A stretch of DNA of 64,000 nt from Haliotis rubra (GCF_003918875.1 NW_025767079.1:4898001-4962000), one strand, 5' to 3'; positions 34,901 through 49,243 are shown, numbered from the stretch's first letter. The notes: generated by a model from the letters alone, not told the origin. Translations and numbers: made by a program.

Positions 34901-37900
34901 GGCATGACAAGTAAACACCTTAACCACTGGGTTTGACCACCACTCCCAGGTACTGTGAGGACTGACAAATAAGCACAACTACATACTCTCAATAAAGTAC
35001 ATGTGCTGCATCCCTCAGACACTCACCACTTTGTCGAAGACAGTGTAGGCCGCTGGTGGTACACTCTCCCCTTTCTTCTTGTGGGTGACGGCGCCGACTC
35101 TCAGAACACCCCTCTCCTTGAACACCCAACGAGCCATGTTGAGAGCCAGCTCCTGGTTGCCTGACTTCTCAAACCTGCAGAAAAACAACACTTACAGCAT
35201 TTTGCCTTGCCCTTCAATGTTCTCACGTTAGTTTTACATGAGAGAATACACCAGAGTCATCCAAAACCTTAATTCTTGTGAGTTCTTCAGACAAAATGTT
35301 TAATCAACAACATATAAACTACAAGAGTATCTGCCAAATGCCCTAATTAACATGTTTTCACCAAAAATAACTGTTTACAAAGGTTTGTCATGAACTTGAG
35401 TGAGTGAGTGAAAATGTAAGGTCACACTGAAAACAGACAATGCAAACCCATGAAGTATTGGCCAATGAGTATTTTTAAGCATATGTCTAAAAATGTAAAA
35501 CATAAAGATTGTGCAATGGAATTAACTTAAACTTAATTCAGGTAATTCAGAATGTACTCACTTGTTGCCACCATTAGCCTTCTGTACAGGGGACTGGAAG
35601 AACTCATCACTGAAGAAGTCGAGAGATCCCACGAACACAACCCGAGCATTGTTCCTGGCCTGAAGGGCCGCTACCAGGAGGGTGTTCTTGCCAACAGCAT
35701 GGGGGAACTGCAATAGATGAATTAGTGAGTGAGGTGTGTTCGACTTACATTTATTTCAACAATAATATGGCTTTGTTGATAATTTATCACTTAGTTTCAT
35801 ATTTGGCTTCAGGAACTTTCAATGCTAAGAATGGAGTGTCCTGATTGGACAGCTGCATAACATAAATACACTTCATACCTGTAGGTAAATAAATGAAATA
35901 GCTGCAGAGTAAGGCCAAACAATTACCCTTTCTAAACGTGTATCTTTGATGATTTAGTCCTGGAAAATTATGTGCCACATTAATCGTACGAACTAAAGAC
36001 AACAATCACATGAATTCAAGACATCTGGCAGCTGTGTGTCGTGTGGTACCTCGGATATCTTGGTGCCAGGGTTGTGGCTGTAGGCTGTGGAGGATGCATG
36101 GAGAACACTCAGCACTAAGGGGTTCTCGGGGTCGGCCAGCATCCTGCAATCACAACCATTTCAATAGTAACTGATGGGGAATGAGAATATACTCCAAAAA
36201 CATAGGTACCTCATCAGGTGAATGAAGGTTGGTTTGGATGGTTTAATGACACACTCAGCAATATTCCAGCCATATGGCCGCAGGTCAGTAAATAATCCAG
36301 CCAGGGCCAGACAATCCAGTGATCAACAACATGAGCATTGTTCTACGTAATTGGGATATGAGACATGGGTCAACAAAGTCAGCGAGCCTGACCACCCTAT
36401 CCTAGTCGCCTCTTACGACAAGCCTGAGTTACTGAAAACAATTCTAACCCGGACCTTCATGGGTAAGGTGAACAAAGGAGCAAGAATATCTTCTGAAATG
36501 CTGTGTTCCTTATATTACAGAAGAAAACATAAATTTCCATGATCATGTATATCATTTCTAAATGCCATTCAAACTCTTTAAGAAACAAGAGTCATCAGAA
36601 GATGACATATCCCCGGCCCCCACATCTTTGAAAGAACAAATCATCTGACAGTTACTTAAAGTCCAGCTTGATTTTAGACTAAGTGCAAATCGTTTCCATG
36701 GAAATCATGAAAAAAATAAATGACAAAAATCTGCAAATAGCAAAAGGCACCACTTTGGGATCTGCCTCACATATCTGCCAAGTATTGCTGAAAGATATTG
36801 AGAAGTTTTCGAGTTGTGCTCCGGAAACGAAACCCACCCCTCCTTTTGGGACTAAGTCCGAATCGTTTCCATGGAAACCGGGGGGAAAGAAAATGACAAA
36901 AATCTGCAAATAGCAAAAGGCACCACTTAAGGTTCTGTTTGATATATCTACCAAGTTTTGTTGAAAAATATTGAACGGTTCTTGAGTTATGCTCCGGAAA
37001 CGAAGCCCAACCCTCACTTTTGGGACTAAGTCCGAATCGTTTCCATGGAAACCGGGAAAAATAAAAATGCCAAAAATCTGCAAGTAGCAAAAGGCACCAC
37101 TTAAGGTTCTGTTTGATATATCTACCAAGTCTTGTTAAAAAATATTGAACGGTTTTTAAGATGTGCTCCGGAAACGAAGCCCACCCCTCTTTAAGACTAA
37201 GTCCAAAACGTTTCCATGGAAACCTAGAAAAATAAAAATGACAATAATCTGTAAATAGCAAAAGGCACCACTTTAGGTTATGTTTGACATATCTACCAAT
37301 TTTTGTTGAAAAATATCGAACGGTCTTTGAGTTATGCTCCGGAAACAAAATGATTACGGACGGACGAAGGCGACGACTATATCCCACCGCATTACATGCA
37401 GGTGGGATAAAAATCATTCAGTCCTGTGTTCCACTAAAACAGTTCATTACACATAAATCAGACAAGAACATGAATCATGTTATTACCAATATGTTGATCT
37501 AGAACTCACCCAACGCCACGGTAGAGGAAAGGGGAAGGATTCTTCGGACCCACGATCATGGGGGACTCGATGAGATTACCAGGGTCGGCAACAATCAGTG
37601 TGTGCTGAAAGTGCAGGGCCATCATTAAACATTTGTTGTTCTTGTGTTTCTTGTTAAGAGATCAATGCAGCATTCTGCGATTTACTATAGTCTGGACAAA
37701 TTTTAGTCTGGATAAAGCAAATCAGCTCCTGATTCAGACAGACCAATCCAAGATATGACTGAAAATTCGGAATCACAGTGACTTGACATTACTCATAATG
37801 TCCCACCAAGCTTTATATGAGCATCCGCTGTTTGTAAATAATCAAGTTTGGATGAGACAAGCCAGTGATTTGGACATCATGACCATCAATTTATGCAAAT

Positions 37901-40900
37901 GATATATGATGGCATGATCCTACCAAATCACTAGTGATTCTGACCACCCAATCTCACTCACGACATTACCTGAGCTGATGAAGGACAATTCTAACATGTT
38001 CTAACACAGATAACCACGTACACTGATTTATCATTGTAGCATGTATTCAGTGAGTTGAACACCTCACCTTGCCTTGGTCAGACACGTCGTAGTTGAGATG
38101 GTCAATGACGGCTGTCCTCTCATCATCGAACTCCACACCACATTCAGTTGCAAGCTCTCGCAGTGGGTCACCTGTAAAACAAGGGGCAAGAATGAGAAAG
38201 TGAGTTTAGTTTAAATCACTTTGGGCAATATTCCAACAATATCACGGTGAGATACACCAGAAATGAGTCAGGAATAAAACCCGGGTCTTCAGCGGGATGA
38301 GCTAACGATTTAACCACTCAGCTATCCCAACACCCCTGGCAAGAATGAGACGATGTGCATGCGTGTGTATGTGTATCTGCTTGTACTAGCCCAGACTTAA
38401 GCTGGTTTTATAGTGCTAGCCTACTGAGATACCATGCCGCAGTGAAGCATGAATACCCCACTCAGACACATTATACTGACTCTGAGCCGACCAGTTCTTG
38501 TTGTATCCATTAATGCCGAGCACCAGGCAGGGACCAACAAGTACCATATTTTAACGTCTTTTGGTATGACGCGGTCGGGGATCGAACCCGCGACCTTCCG
38601 CCCCCCGGGCGGACGCTCTAACCACTACACCACGGAGGCGGTTACCACACCCCTGGGACTTAAATCATTAACTACAATCAAGAGTGAGTGAGTAAGTTTG
38701 GTATTACACCAGGTTTTTTAGCAAAATTCAAGCAATATCATAGCACAGGACTCCAGAAATGAGCTTCACACTGGTGGATGAAACTATGAGCAACATGCCA
38801 TCAAGTTTACATCACAGTCTCACAACCAGTTCAGTATTGTTTAGCTGCATTTCTCAGTTAGCAATGGAGTGAGTGAGTATGGTTTTATGCCGCTTTTATT
38901 TTAGCAATATCACCGCAGAAGACACCAGATATGGGCTTCACACATTGTACCCATGTGGGGAATCGAACCTGGGTCTTCGGAGTGACATGTGAACACTTTT
39001 ACCACTAGGCTACCCCACCGCCCATAAGAAATGGAGTCTTGACACCTGTTCTAACCTGAATCCCTTTTGTGGTTCACCTTCAGACAAAACACTGTTGTGT
39101 TATGGTTGACTCCTAGTAAAAGCTTATCTAGTCATCATTTTGCAGTTTTGTTGAACATTGGATACTTCAAAGTTTTTACGTTGGACCGTTTGGCTTCAAC
39201 CCAATAGTGTTTAACTGTATATTATGCAGCCATTGTGTCTAGCCACTCCCCCCATGACAAACAATAAACATGATCAGGGCCTAATCCACACAGCTCTATA
39301 CTGATGGAAATAAGAAATGGGTCTATATGACAAAATTTTTGTTTACATTTCAACAGAAATAGGACATATTAAGAAACATATTACTATACATGTCCTATGA
39401 TAAAAAGAAATAGATGCCGTTCAACTTGTACGTGGAAATGGTAAACTTACCAATGGCTGAGCTGGCAGCAACGAGAACATTTCCTCCCCCATCAATGAAA
39501 CTTGTGATGGCAGCAACATCGAGGTTGCCCCCAAACTCTGAAAAGAAGATCAGTAACACTTTAGTGCCTGATACGATACAAGGTACACCTGTACCCATCC
39601 AGTCTGTAACAAAACTAGTCAAAATCCCTGTCCCACACTCTAAGTAATACAGAAAGGCTGTAGTGCCAATCACACCAACAGAAAACACAAAACGTCTTCA
39701 CAAATACCACCCATCATAAAATCGAAAGCAAACGCTGACAGAACGATAGTTTTATACATGAGGTGAGGTGAGGTGAAATTGGGTTTAACGTTATGCTTGA
39801 GAATATTTCACTCATATGACGACATGCATGCGTGTGTATGTGCGGCTGCTTGTACTAGCCTAGACTGAAGCTGGTTTAATAATGCTAGCTCACTGAGATA
39901 CCATGCCGCAGTGAAGCATGAATACCCCACTCAGACACATTATACTGACTCCGAGCCGACCAGTCCTTGTTGTACCCATTAATGCCGAGCGCCAGGCAGG
40001 GACCGTTTTATACATGATAGGATTTGCAATAATCAGATATACAAGCTGAACACACACATTCTCATGACATTGGGTCTTTTCCAGTTAAAAAAATATTTGG
40101 GTCCAGAGTCTCAGTCAAGTCTTAGAAACATATGAAGTTAATGATATGTGTGATAAGGTGGAGACTTACCTTCAACAGAGGGAGAGAAGATAATGAGATT
40201 GTCGAACAGGAATTCACCATATTTGACAAGGGCCAAACTCCCATCATCAGCGAGTTTAAATGTCAGGTCAAATCCAATATCTGAAACATAATTAAAAATA
40301 TATAGAAATTATGCAATAATTGTTGTGATGAAAACTGAACTTAAAAGCTTTACTACTACTTCATGATAATACTTTTAAACGTTTATAAAATACCATGATA
40401 CCATGATATCTTTGTATCATGATCATAAAACTCAGCAACATTCAAGCATTTTCTCAATTTAGGTATATATTAACAATGTTGAAACGTCCTAAAAATCTGA
40501 ATGATATGACGTCATCAAGCTGAAGATAACTTAGCAATAGCGTGTTCTGGACCACTGGCAAATAATTGATGAGCAATAGCGTGTTCTGGACCACTGGCAA
40601 ATAATTGATGAGATGTGTTGAAAATGTGCATACAAACATGTACTCTCCTGCATTTGGCCTCATATGCTTAGACCCATGTAAATATGCATTTTTGGATTCA
40701 GTGAGATAGGCGATACCATTAATTGAGTATGTGGAAAATATGGAATTGTTTCATTTTGAGCTATTGCATAACTGAAAAGGCTGGTGAGACAAGGAAAACA
40801 ATATATTTCAGGGCCTGAGATCATAGAGACAGTTTAGCATGCACCAACCGACCGACAGTAACAGATATTTAGTAATACAATTTTAAAGATATGTGATTGT

Positions 40901-41508
40901 GAAAAGCATTTATCATTTGTTTAAGGAGCTACTCAGAATGTGAAGATCTAAGGTTTAATTTTGTGCATTTCGCAACTGACTGTTTATTTGATTATGATAT
41001 GAGATATTGTTTGAAATTAAATCATATTAAATGTGTATTATCAAGTTACTAGTTAGTACAAAGTAACACATATTCTGCAATGGGAGCAGTCATTGTCCAT
41101 TACGTCGTTGTCTTTTCAAAATTATGTAAAGACGCTTAGATGCGATAAAAGTCTGATACAAATTTTGTGAAGACACATGAAAGCATGAACACAATTTTTG
41201 GGCCCAATTTTTATCAGTTAAAGTTTCCATGTCTTCTGCAAAGTAGCCACCAACGAACAATCTCATTTCTCATCGATTTCTCCCTTTATACGTGTCACCG
41301 GTTTGTTCGCCGGCATGGAAGTGAATCGCAAACAACTAATTCAGTAATGTGGGATCGACGATTTCTTACCTCTTAATGTTCTGAAAAACGTTGAATGTGT
41401 TTCTCTGATGGCCCAGTTGTCGACTAAAATCAATGTTCTTTTTCCTGCTAATGCAATACTTGCAAAAGCAAGGAGACCCAACACTCTGCATAACGTGTTT
41501 GACGCCAT
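31997..41508 (-). CDS. DDOST: Oligosaccharyltransferase 48-kDa subunit (OST48/WBP1), 435 aa
   Basis: Eleven phase-consistent exons: 41508-41370, 40280-40170, 39537-39451, 38171-38068, 37604-37510, 36143-36050, 35707-35562, 35174-35027, 33563-33443, 33025-32919, 32152-31997. Signal peptide [21 protein letters not shown]; motifs [43 protein letters not shown] and [11 protein letters not shown]; TM helix and di-lysine tail KEKKE*. Confidence 0.97.
36583..37413 (+). mobile_element. Helentron-associated (HINE/DINE-1-like) element with internal ~174-bp tandem repeats
   Basis: AACAAGAG start, four units carrying CGTTTCCATGGAAA, a (GGAC)n microsatellite and terminal hairpin ATCCCACC..GGTGGGATAAAAA. 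A remnant lies at ~19490-19580. Confidence 0.75.
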
Positions 41509-41674
41509 CTTTGTACACGCACTTGCTGCAATCGGAATGTCGTTTCACGCTGCCTTTTCGCCTCCGTGAGCACGCCAGATGCTGCTGATACGGAACTGTC
41601 CGATTCACTCCGAATGAATCTTGACTATTCCGATGGTTAACGAAGCTGGTCGAGAACCACGCCTCCTTTCACAT

Positions 41675-41771
41675 CAGTCTAAGTAAACTTAATCTCAGTA
41701 CTATTCGTTACACTCCTCTACTGAGTATAGTAGGGTAACGAATAATACTGAGGCTAAGTTTACTTAGACTG
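41675..41771. mobile_element. 97-bp Mutator-like MITE upstream of DDOST
   Basis: TIR CAGTCTAAGTAAACTTA. Perfect 10-bp TSD CCTTTCACAT (41665-41674, 41772-41781). Confidence 0.85.
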
Positions 41772-44033
41772 CCTTTCACATGTGACGATTTGAGTAATAA
41801 GTGGGACATAATGCAAATTGTTATGCATATTTAAGCTTTGGGACAAGAGAAAGAGTAACCAAACTGGGAAATGATATATGTCCTATTTAACCATTATTAA
41901 CTCCTAAATCAGTTTGTAAAATGTAATCCACGGCTGGATAATTTATATTGTGTACAATGTTGGCCAATTGAAGATTCGGGTAAGGAATAGTTTTGCAACC
42001 ACAAAACACACTTACCATGTTTGAAATGCATATCTGTACCAAAAAAAGCAGATGTGTGTATTTTCAAATAAGATATCCAAAATACCCGTTGTGTATGATG
42101 TGATTATAAAATCAAATGATGTTTTGAGAGCTAAAGCTGTAAGGAAGTATATCAACTCAGAGCTGTATAATCCCCACTTCAGTTAATTGGTAGTTGTTTT
42201 TTAATCTAATGTCACTAACCTAAAATATTCTCGACTGAAAATCAAACACATGATAAAATCAACTGAGAGGGACAGGTACTCCACCGGACTAGCTGGGTTT
42301 GAAGTGACGCTTGACGTATAATTCAACACTAACACTGCACGCCCATTGATTAATTAATGACTTTAATAGAGCTCTGAAAAATGTGCTCTTTCAAGAAAAT
42401 AAAAGGAGGAAGCTTTTCGTCAACTGATCGTGTGATTTTGGAGATGGAGATGGGTGGAATTGTTTTAATTTTTGAAAAACAATGTGAGAAGATTGTAAGA
42501 TGAATTCAAACAGCTAACAATCAGCATTCTCATTCTTCCGTAGGCTAGGACGTTTGAACTCCTTAAATGGCAAAATTATTAAACATTTCTAGGCTTCTGT
42601 AACAAAACTGTTTTACCCCAACAAACAAACAGTTCACATTGGCCATGACGCTGCTGTCAATCTCATGGCAGGGACAGCCCTCAGACAGGCGATCATCGCT
42701 CTGGGAGGAACAGTTTAGGTTATGAGCCAGCATGTCTTGCATATGTCAGAGTGAGTGAGTGAGTAAAGATTTACAATCACATCGGCAAACTTATAAATTC
42801 GCGATAAACACAGTTAAATTTAAAAATAAAACAGTCGGCGTAGGACAGTAAAACAAGTACAATATCACGGGAAAGTACTTAGAACTAGTATCTATCTCTA
42901 AAATTTGATTTCTATTTCAAACAATACGATATATAAACGGACTATAGATCACCATACCATGGGGAAACACAGTACTTTTGCTACTGGCATGGACCCTAGC
43001 TGGATTTACACCATCCCTTCAGATGAAAGCGACAGGAGACAAATCTAGCCATAAATTAAGATCACACATATCCTATGATTTAAAATATGGTAGGTCTAAA
43101 CTTTCTTTGAATGTTTTGGGACTTACTTATCCGCATGTTTCAGAGTTTTTGCACGCTATTGGTGGCCGTCTTCACGAACAAACCCATGGGACCCTAGCCG
43201 AGAGCCGTGATGCGGTCCTATACAGTCAAGACATCGCGGCTCTCGGCTAATGGGAACCGAGCACAAGGCCTGAAATGCCATGCTGGCAGACCCAGCTAAT
43301 GCTCTATGAGGATATAAATATATAACACGTATTTTCCCAATCTGTGTAACATTATTTATGAAATTTTATATTTTAGATCACTTGGTAAATATCTTTATTT
43401 ACGAAGTACACCACTTCTGAAACAACTTTTTAATAAATTCAAGTCAGCGAGCCTGACCACCCGATCCCGTTAGTTGTCTGTGTTACTGAAGACCAAATCT
43501 TCACATGTCACAGCTTGTATTTTATACCTTCTCTTGGCGGAGAGTTTGTCAAAGACAACCCATCGGATAGAATGTTTCCAAAAGTTCCAGTAACGGGCGG
43601 AACTTCAAAATCTGCACTGCACCCTTGCACAAGAAGCTGATGTGTTCAAAGCAAGTACGTCCTCATCGCTATCGGTCCAGAACAATTTTTAAGGATGAAG
43701 AAATACAGTAAAAGCTTTAGAATTTGTTATTACTTTTATCAAATCTCATTTCATTTAAATTCATACAAATCCAACCACTCTCGTAAAATTTCATAAAAAT
43801 GTACATCTCTTTAAAATTTCAAGTTATTATCAGCATATACATTTGAAAACTTCCCTGACATTTTCCACTTAAAAAAAACGTGCGGATGTCTCAATACACT
43901 GGTCACGGAAATCAGTTTTAGCAAAACGCCTCCAGACTGAACAATTAGTGTGGTAAACTGCATTAACGAATGTTTAGCATGGTGAACGTCCGTCTTTTGC
44001 ACACATACAGGTCACACCAAGCCTACTCACATG

Positions 44034-47000
44034 CTAACATATATCACTACTGTGCAATTCAATTTTAGATTGAAACAGCCGAGAATCTTGTTTCAAAATT
44101 TCAAAATTGAGGGCATAGGAGTTTTCTTCATCTTTCCACACATCAACTGTCAGATTATCCCCCATCAAACTTTCTTTTTGATACAGCATGGATGCCGACT
44201 TAACATAATGATTAAAGCCCTGTGTTGGCTTATTTGCCGACTGCTCTCTGTGTGATATAGCCGCAAGACCATTCAGACAGTACCGAAGGTAGTTTATGTA
44301 GTTCGTATGCAGATTCGGGTCAGTCTCACTTCCGTAGACTCTCATATCAAAAGATGAAATTATATCCCTATTGGCTGGTTTTGAAAGTGGCTTCAGTATC
44401 AGAGGCTCTCCGTCCACACACAACTTGCCATATGTTTCTTTGTATTCCTGAGGAAGCTTTTCCGGAAGTCGTGTCGTCTTGGAAACGAAGACGTTCTGGA
44501 TCCAGCACCTTGCAAGAGGTTGCGGTATCTCCGGATGCATGACGCTGTGAGCAAGGACCATTGTTGAGTTGCCGATGTTGGATAAATACGAGTCAACGAC
44601 CAATGGTGCTTTCGGAGTCGATACGTCGTATAACTCTGGGGCTATTTCTAGTTTCAGTGACACGATAAATGGAAGGTTGTTTTGACACAAGAGGTGGTAA
44701 TCAACGAATGATCTGTTAGGGTCATCGATGGTTGGGATACAGAAGTACACTCGGGCGGAGTCGATCAGATGCAGGACGGACCACGGGCGTACTCGAGCTG
44801 AAAGAGATCACGTACAGGTACAGTATGGAATCCCAGAGGATACATTGCCCCAAACATGCAAAGACGGCTACAGATTTCCCTCAAGAAAAATGACATGAGG
44901 CGGTGGGGTAGCCTTGTGGATAAAGTGTCCGCTCGTCACGCTGAGATGAGGTGAGGTGAAATTGTGTTTAACGTCGCGCTTGAGAAGATTTCGCTCATAT
45001 GACGACGTGCATGCGTGTGTATGTGTATGTGCGGCTACTTGTACTAGCCCAGACGTAAGCTGGTTTTATAGTGCTAGCCCACTGAGATACCATGCCACAG
45101 TGAAGCATGAATACCCCACTCAGACACATTATACTGACTCCAAGCCGACCAGCCTGATGTTCCCCTTCATGCCGAGCGCCAGGCAGGGACCAACAAGTAC
45201 CATATTTTAACGTTTTTTGTTATGACGCGGTTTGGGATCGAACCCGCGACCTTCCGACCTCCGTGCGGACGCTTTAACCACTACACCACGGATGCGGTCG
45301 TCATGCTTAGGACCCGGTTCGATTCAACACATGGGTACAATGTGTGAAGCCCATTTCTGTGTAACTTTTCAAGTGTATTTCGAAAAGCGGTGTAAAACCA
45401 TATTATCTCACTCACAGAGATATAATGTTGGTTAAATGTTGCATAATACAGCTACAGTCGACTGTAATACTGCTGAAGATCAAGTCCAACTCGGATCTTC
45501 ACAAGTTTCAAATGTTGTAAGTTCAGTGAATTAGTGGAGGTTGTCAGGAGTTGTCATAACTCGTATCAACATGCACCGTGTATTCTATATGATTAAATAT
45601 AAGCAGCAGCCATGCAGTCAACCAAGTAACTAAGCTTGATATTAGAAAATGTTAGCTATTTACCGGCTCCATCAAACGCCTCATATGGAAATCCTCCAGG
45701 AATTCGAACTCGAACAGAAGAAGGTGACAGGAACTGCCTGGTGTAACCCAACTGCTGTCCTATTCTGCACATTAAATGAAAAACTCCCATATGAGTTGAT
45801 GGTTCAGTCTAGGACAGGTATCACTCCAAGGTATCAGATGTACTGAACATAAGATGTGGATGGTTCAGTCTAGGACAGATATGACGCCCGGTATTTAAGA
45901 TGTACTGAACATAAGATGTGGATGGTTCAGTCTAGGCAGATATCACTCCAGGATTTCAGATGTACTGAACATAAGATGTGGATGGTTCAGTCTAGAACAG
46001 ATATCACTCCAGGATTTCAGATGTACTGAACATAAGATGTAGATGGTTCAATCTAGGACAGATATGACTCCAGGATTTCATATGTACTGAACATGAGATG
46101 CGGATGGTTCAGTCTAGGACAGATATCACTCAAGGATTTCAGATGTACTGAACATAAGATGTGGATGGTTCAGTTTAGGGCAGATTTCACTCAAGGATTT
46201 CAGATGTACTGAACATAAGATGTGGATGGTTCAGTTTAGGGCAGATTTCACCCCACTGGACTTCAGAATGTCGCCAATATTGCTCAGCAACCATCGCATT
46301 TAATACATCAGATATTTACAATATCTATCTATTTTGATTAGTACTGGTGTGGATATTCAGTCAAATACAGTAGGCTGGCTGTCTGAGTATGGTTTTACGC
46401 AGTTTTTAGCAATATTCCAGCAATATCACGGCGGGGGACACCAGAAATGGGCTTCACTAGTTGTACCCATGTGGGGAATCGAACCCGGGTCTTCGGCGTG
46501 ACGAGCGAACGCTTTAACCACTAGGCTACCCCACCGGCCCCAAATACAGTAGGAGACTACTAAGGAGAAATTAACTACAGAGGAGGAGGATGCCATATAA
46601 ATGGCCTTTGTTGGAGTCAAGAGATACGACTTTGTCTGGACTTGCCCCCCTCAGTTTGAACCTTTGCCATCTTGATTCGAGGGGTGAAAGAAATGGTCTG
46701 GACTGAATGGGGATGTTTGGGCCAGTTGCAAGAGTATCCCTATAATTAAATCATATGAAAATTATCAGTGTTATTGAATCAAATTATATTTTCAAATATT
46801 ACATTACAATATAACAAAACGACAGTGATATTATCTTACAGTTTGAAGGCTGACATTGTCTTGTTTACTCAAGCAGCCAAACATCAGCAGGATGTACCGA
46901 GTTTGATCACCATCTACATCAGAACTCTGTGGAAAGACACACATACAACTTGAACAACATTTCTATGGCTTTGTTATTTCTTGTAATCATGCTAACACTG

Positions 47001-49243
47001 ACCATCTCATGTTACTTTTCTGCATATTCATTTGCCTGTGATTGTTACACTTCAGAAAGTGGGAGTACATTTTGAGAAAAATGTCAGTTAATTAATTTTA
47101 CAGATAATATTTCTGATACAATTTTACTGCCACGTACTTAAGGTCCCACTAAAATTATTCATGATGTCTGAAAATGTGTTGTTAGATGACTGACTGACTG
47201 ACTGAGTTTGGTTTTACGCCGCTTTTAGCAATATTCCAGCAACATCACGGCGGGGGACACCAGAAATGGGGTTGTTAGATGAAGGTGTGTATACATACAT
47301 GTGTATAATAAATTAATTACATATACCTATTTATTTACAATAATGAGCAAATCAGACATTGAATATAATTTAAGGTACGAAATGTCAACTTAAATTATGT
47401 TTCCTCTGTAAGTATCCACGACTGAAAAGAATCGATGATATGAAATACAAATTCAAAATTGAAGAGCACAAAACGATATTTTACGTGAGCTTCACCTAAT
47501 ATATATGGTATATAAAACAACAACAATGCGATCAACTTCTCGTCATTGGTGCCCTGCTACTTAGATATGAAATCCGTGATCTCACAGAGAATGGTGTATT
47601 TGTGTCGTGTAAAACGTGAGGTACCTTGTATAATCTGATACACGTCCTAATACCCGAACTGCTGCAGCGAGAACCTAAACAGGACAGGGTGCAAAGTGCA
47701 GGAAAGGGAGAGCACTCTCGTTTAGTAATCAAAACTGTCAACCCTCTAATAATGTATGCCTTTTAACATTTTTCCTGAATGGAGTCTTTCGTTGTTGGTG
47801 AGTTACTCCCGTGTTACATATCTGTAGGTTAAATGAGCAGAACGTGTAAAACAATCATCAGTCACATCAATGTATATAACATTGACGTGTCGCAAGGTGA
47901 TGCAATCAATACTTATCATCTTAAAATAGATTATGAACCAGGAAATGGGTTTAGGAAATGAATAAATTCAAACTGAGAAATGTTCATAAATATATTTTGA
48001 AAACAAAATGAGAGACATTATGTTCTAACTGACATTTCTCTAGGCTACAATTATATGTAGCCAGTTGTAACTAGAACGGAAATAAACATGCATGTAATTC
48101 TACGATATGAATAAAGCCATTAAACATCTAAGTATCCTAAAAGAATTCGATAAAGGATCTCTTCACTAAAAAGTATCTCCAGCTCTTTAAAAGGGCAGAA
48201 AAAAGGTAATATCCCCCAACCCCAACTCTAACCGCCCGCCCCGCCCCCCCCCCTCTCCCACCGACCAGTGCCCATTACAGCGATTACCTACATTCTAATC
48301 CTCAGACCGAACTTTCACCTTTACCCTCAAAAACATACACAACCACCCCCAAGTCCCCACCCCCAAGTCCCCCAAGCCGTTAAATATTTATGGTGATCAG
48401 CACTGGCGTAGGAGATAAATAATTATTTATCGATTGGTATTCAGGTGAAAGGTTATGAACACGTGGGTTACTATGATGTGTGAGTGTGTAAGGGAATTGC
48501 TGCACCACGTCATTCTGTATTGCATGGCAGCTATCTGTTGGATACTCTGTATAATGACGACACTCCACGGACCTACTATATATGCTAGGTACAGTCTTGC
48601 TGTAGTCGAGAAAATCCGCCACAGCACTGGTGTACACTGTTGTAAACAGCTGGAAAACTTATTTGGATAAACCTGCCTGTATCCTGTAAACGCAAACAGG
48701 TGAGATATGACATTTGTTATTATCAGTATAACTTAGGACCGTAGTGATTGGCACCATCTATTGGCGAAGCTGTAAAGGGAAATAACTGAGGAATGTTCCC
48801 CCATTGATTGGTAATACTGTCACTCACAAGCATCAGCGTGGCTACCACTTGTGTATATCATATCTTGACCATGCTAACGGGGGAGAGATTATTTGTGAGT
48901 GAGTTGATTTTAGTTTTATGCTGTTTTAAAGTCAAGCAATATCACTGCGGGGTACACCAGAAATTTGACTTCACACATTTGGGGAATCGAACACGGGTCT
49001 TCGGCGTGACGAGTGATCGCTTTAACCGCTAGGCTAGCCAACCGGTTGTTTATAACCATTCGTGTATCCAAGGTACTACTGAGAGAGAGAGAGAGAGAGA
49101 GAGAAAGTCTGGATCTTAAGCGCTTCGAAGGGTTACTTGTGCTGGCCATTCGACCAGGTGGTGTCCATTAACTTTGTTGATGCTTTGTCTCATGTAAAAG
49201 TGAACGATTAGCTTTCGCCTAGTAAGCTCACCCGAGGTAACAT
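44034..49243 (-). CDS. Double-hotdog acyl-CoA/acyl-ACP thioesterase-like protein (~308 aa)
   Basis: Exons 49243-49232 (MLPR), 47674-47625, 45764-45664 and 44797-44034 splice in phase: MLPRVLAAAVRVLGRVSDYTRIGQQ..IPGGFPYEAFDGAARVRPW...IGNSTM...SETDPNLHTNYINY. The D-x-N-x-H-x-N motif matches acyl-ACP thioesterases. The last two exons are firm; the first two are likely. Confidence 0.8.
44897..45415. mobile_element. Family C SINE (-) nested in the anticodon region of a family A SINE (+)
   Basis: Family A head at 44897-44945 resumes at ~45299. Degenerate TSD CGTCACGCTGAG/CGTCATGCTTAG. Confidence 0.8.
45798..46251. repeat. 61-bp intronic minisatellite, ~7.5 copies
   Basis: Unit GATGGTTCAGTCTAGGACAGATATCACTCCAGGATTTCAGATGTACTGAACATAAGATGTG. 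Confidence 0.95.
46375..46540 (-). mobile_element. Young full-length family A SINE
   Basis: Perfect 13-bp TSD CAAATACAGTAGG (46362-46374, 46541-46553). Confidence 0.9.

Noticed and set aside
36679-37417. 149- and 216-aa ORFs
   Set aside because: Translations of the internal tandem repeats of the Helentron-type element inside a DDOST intron.
46375-46540. tRNA-like sequences as genuine tRNA genes
   Set aside because: The heads lack a proper acceptor stem, run into SINE bodies and tails, are multicopy and are flanked by TSDs.
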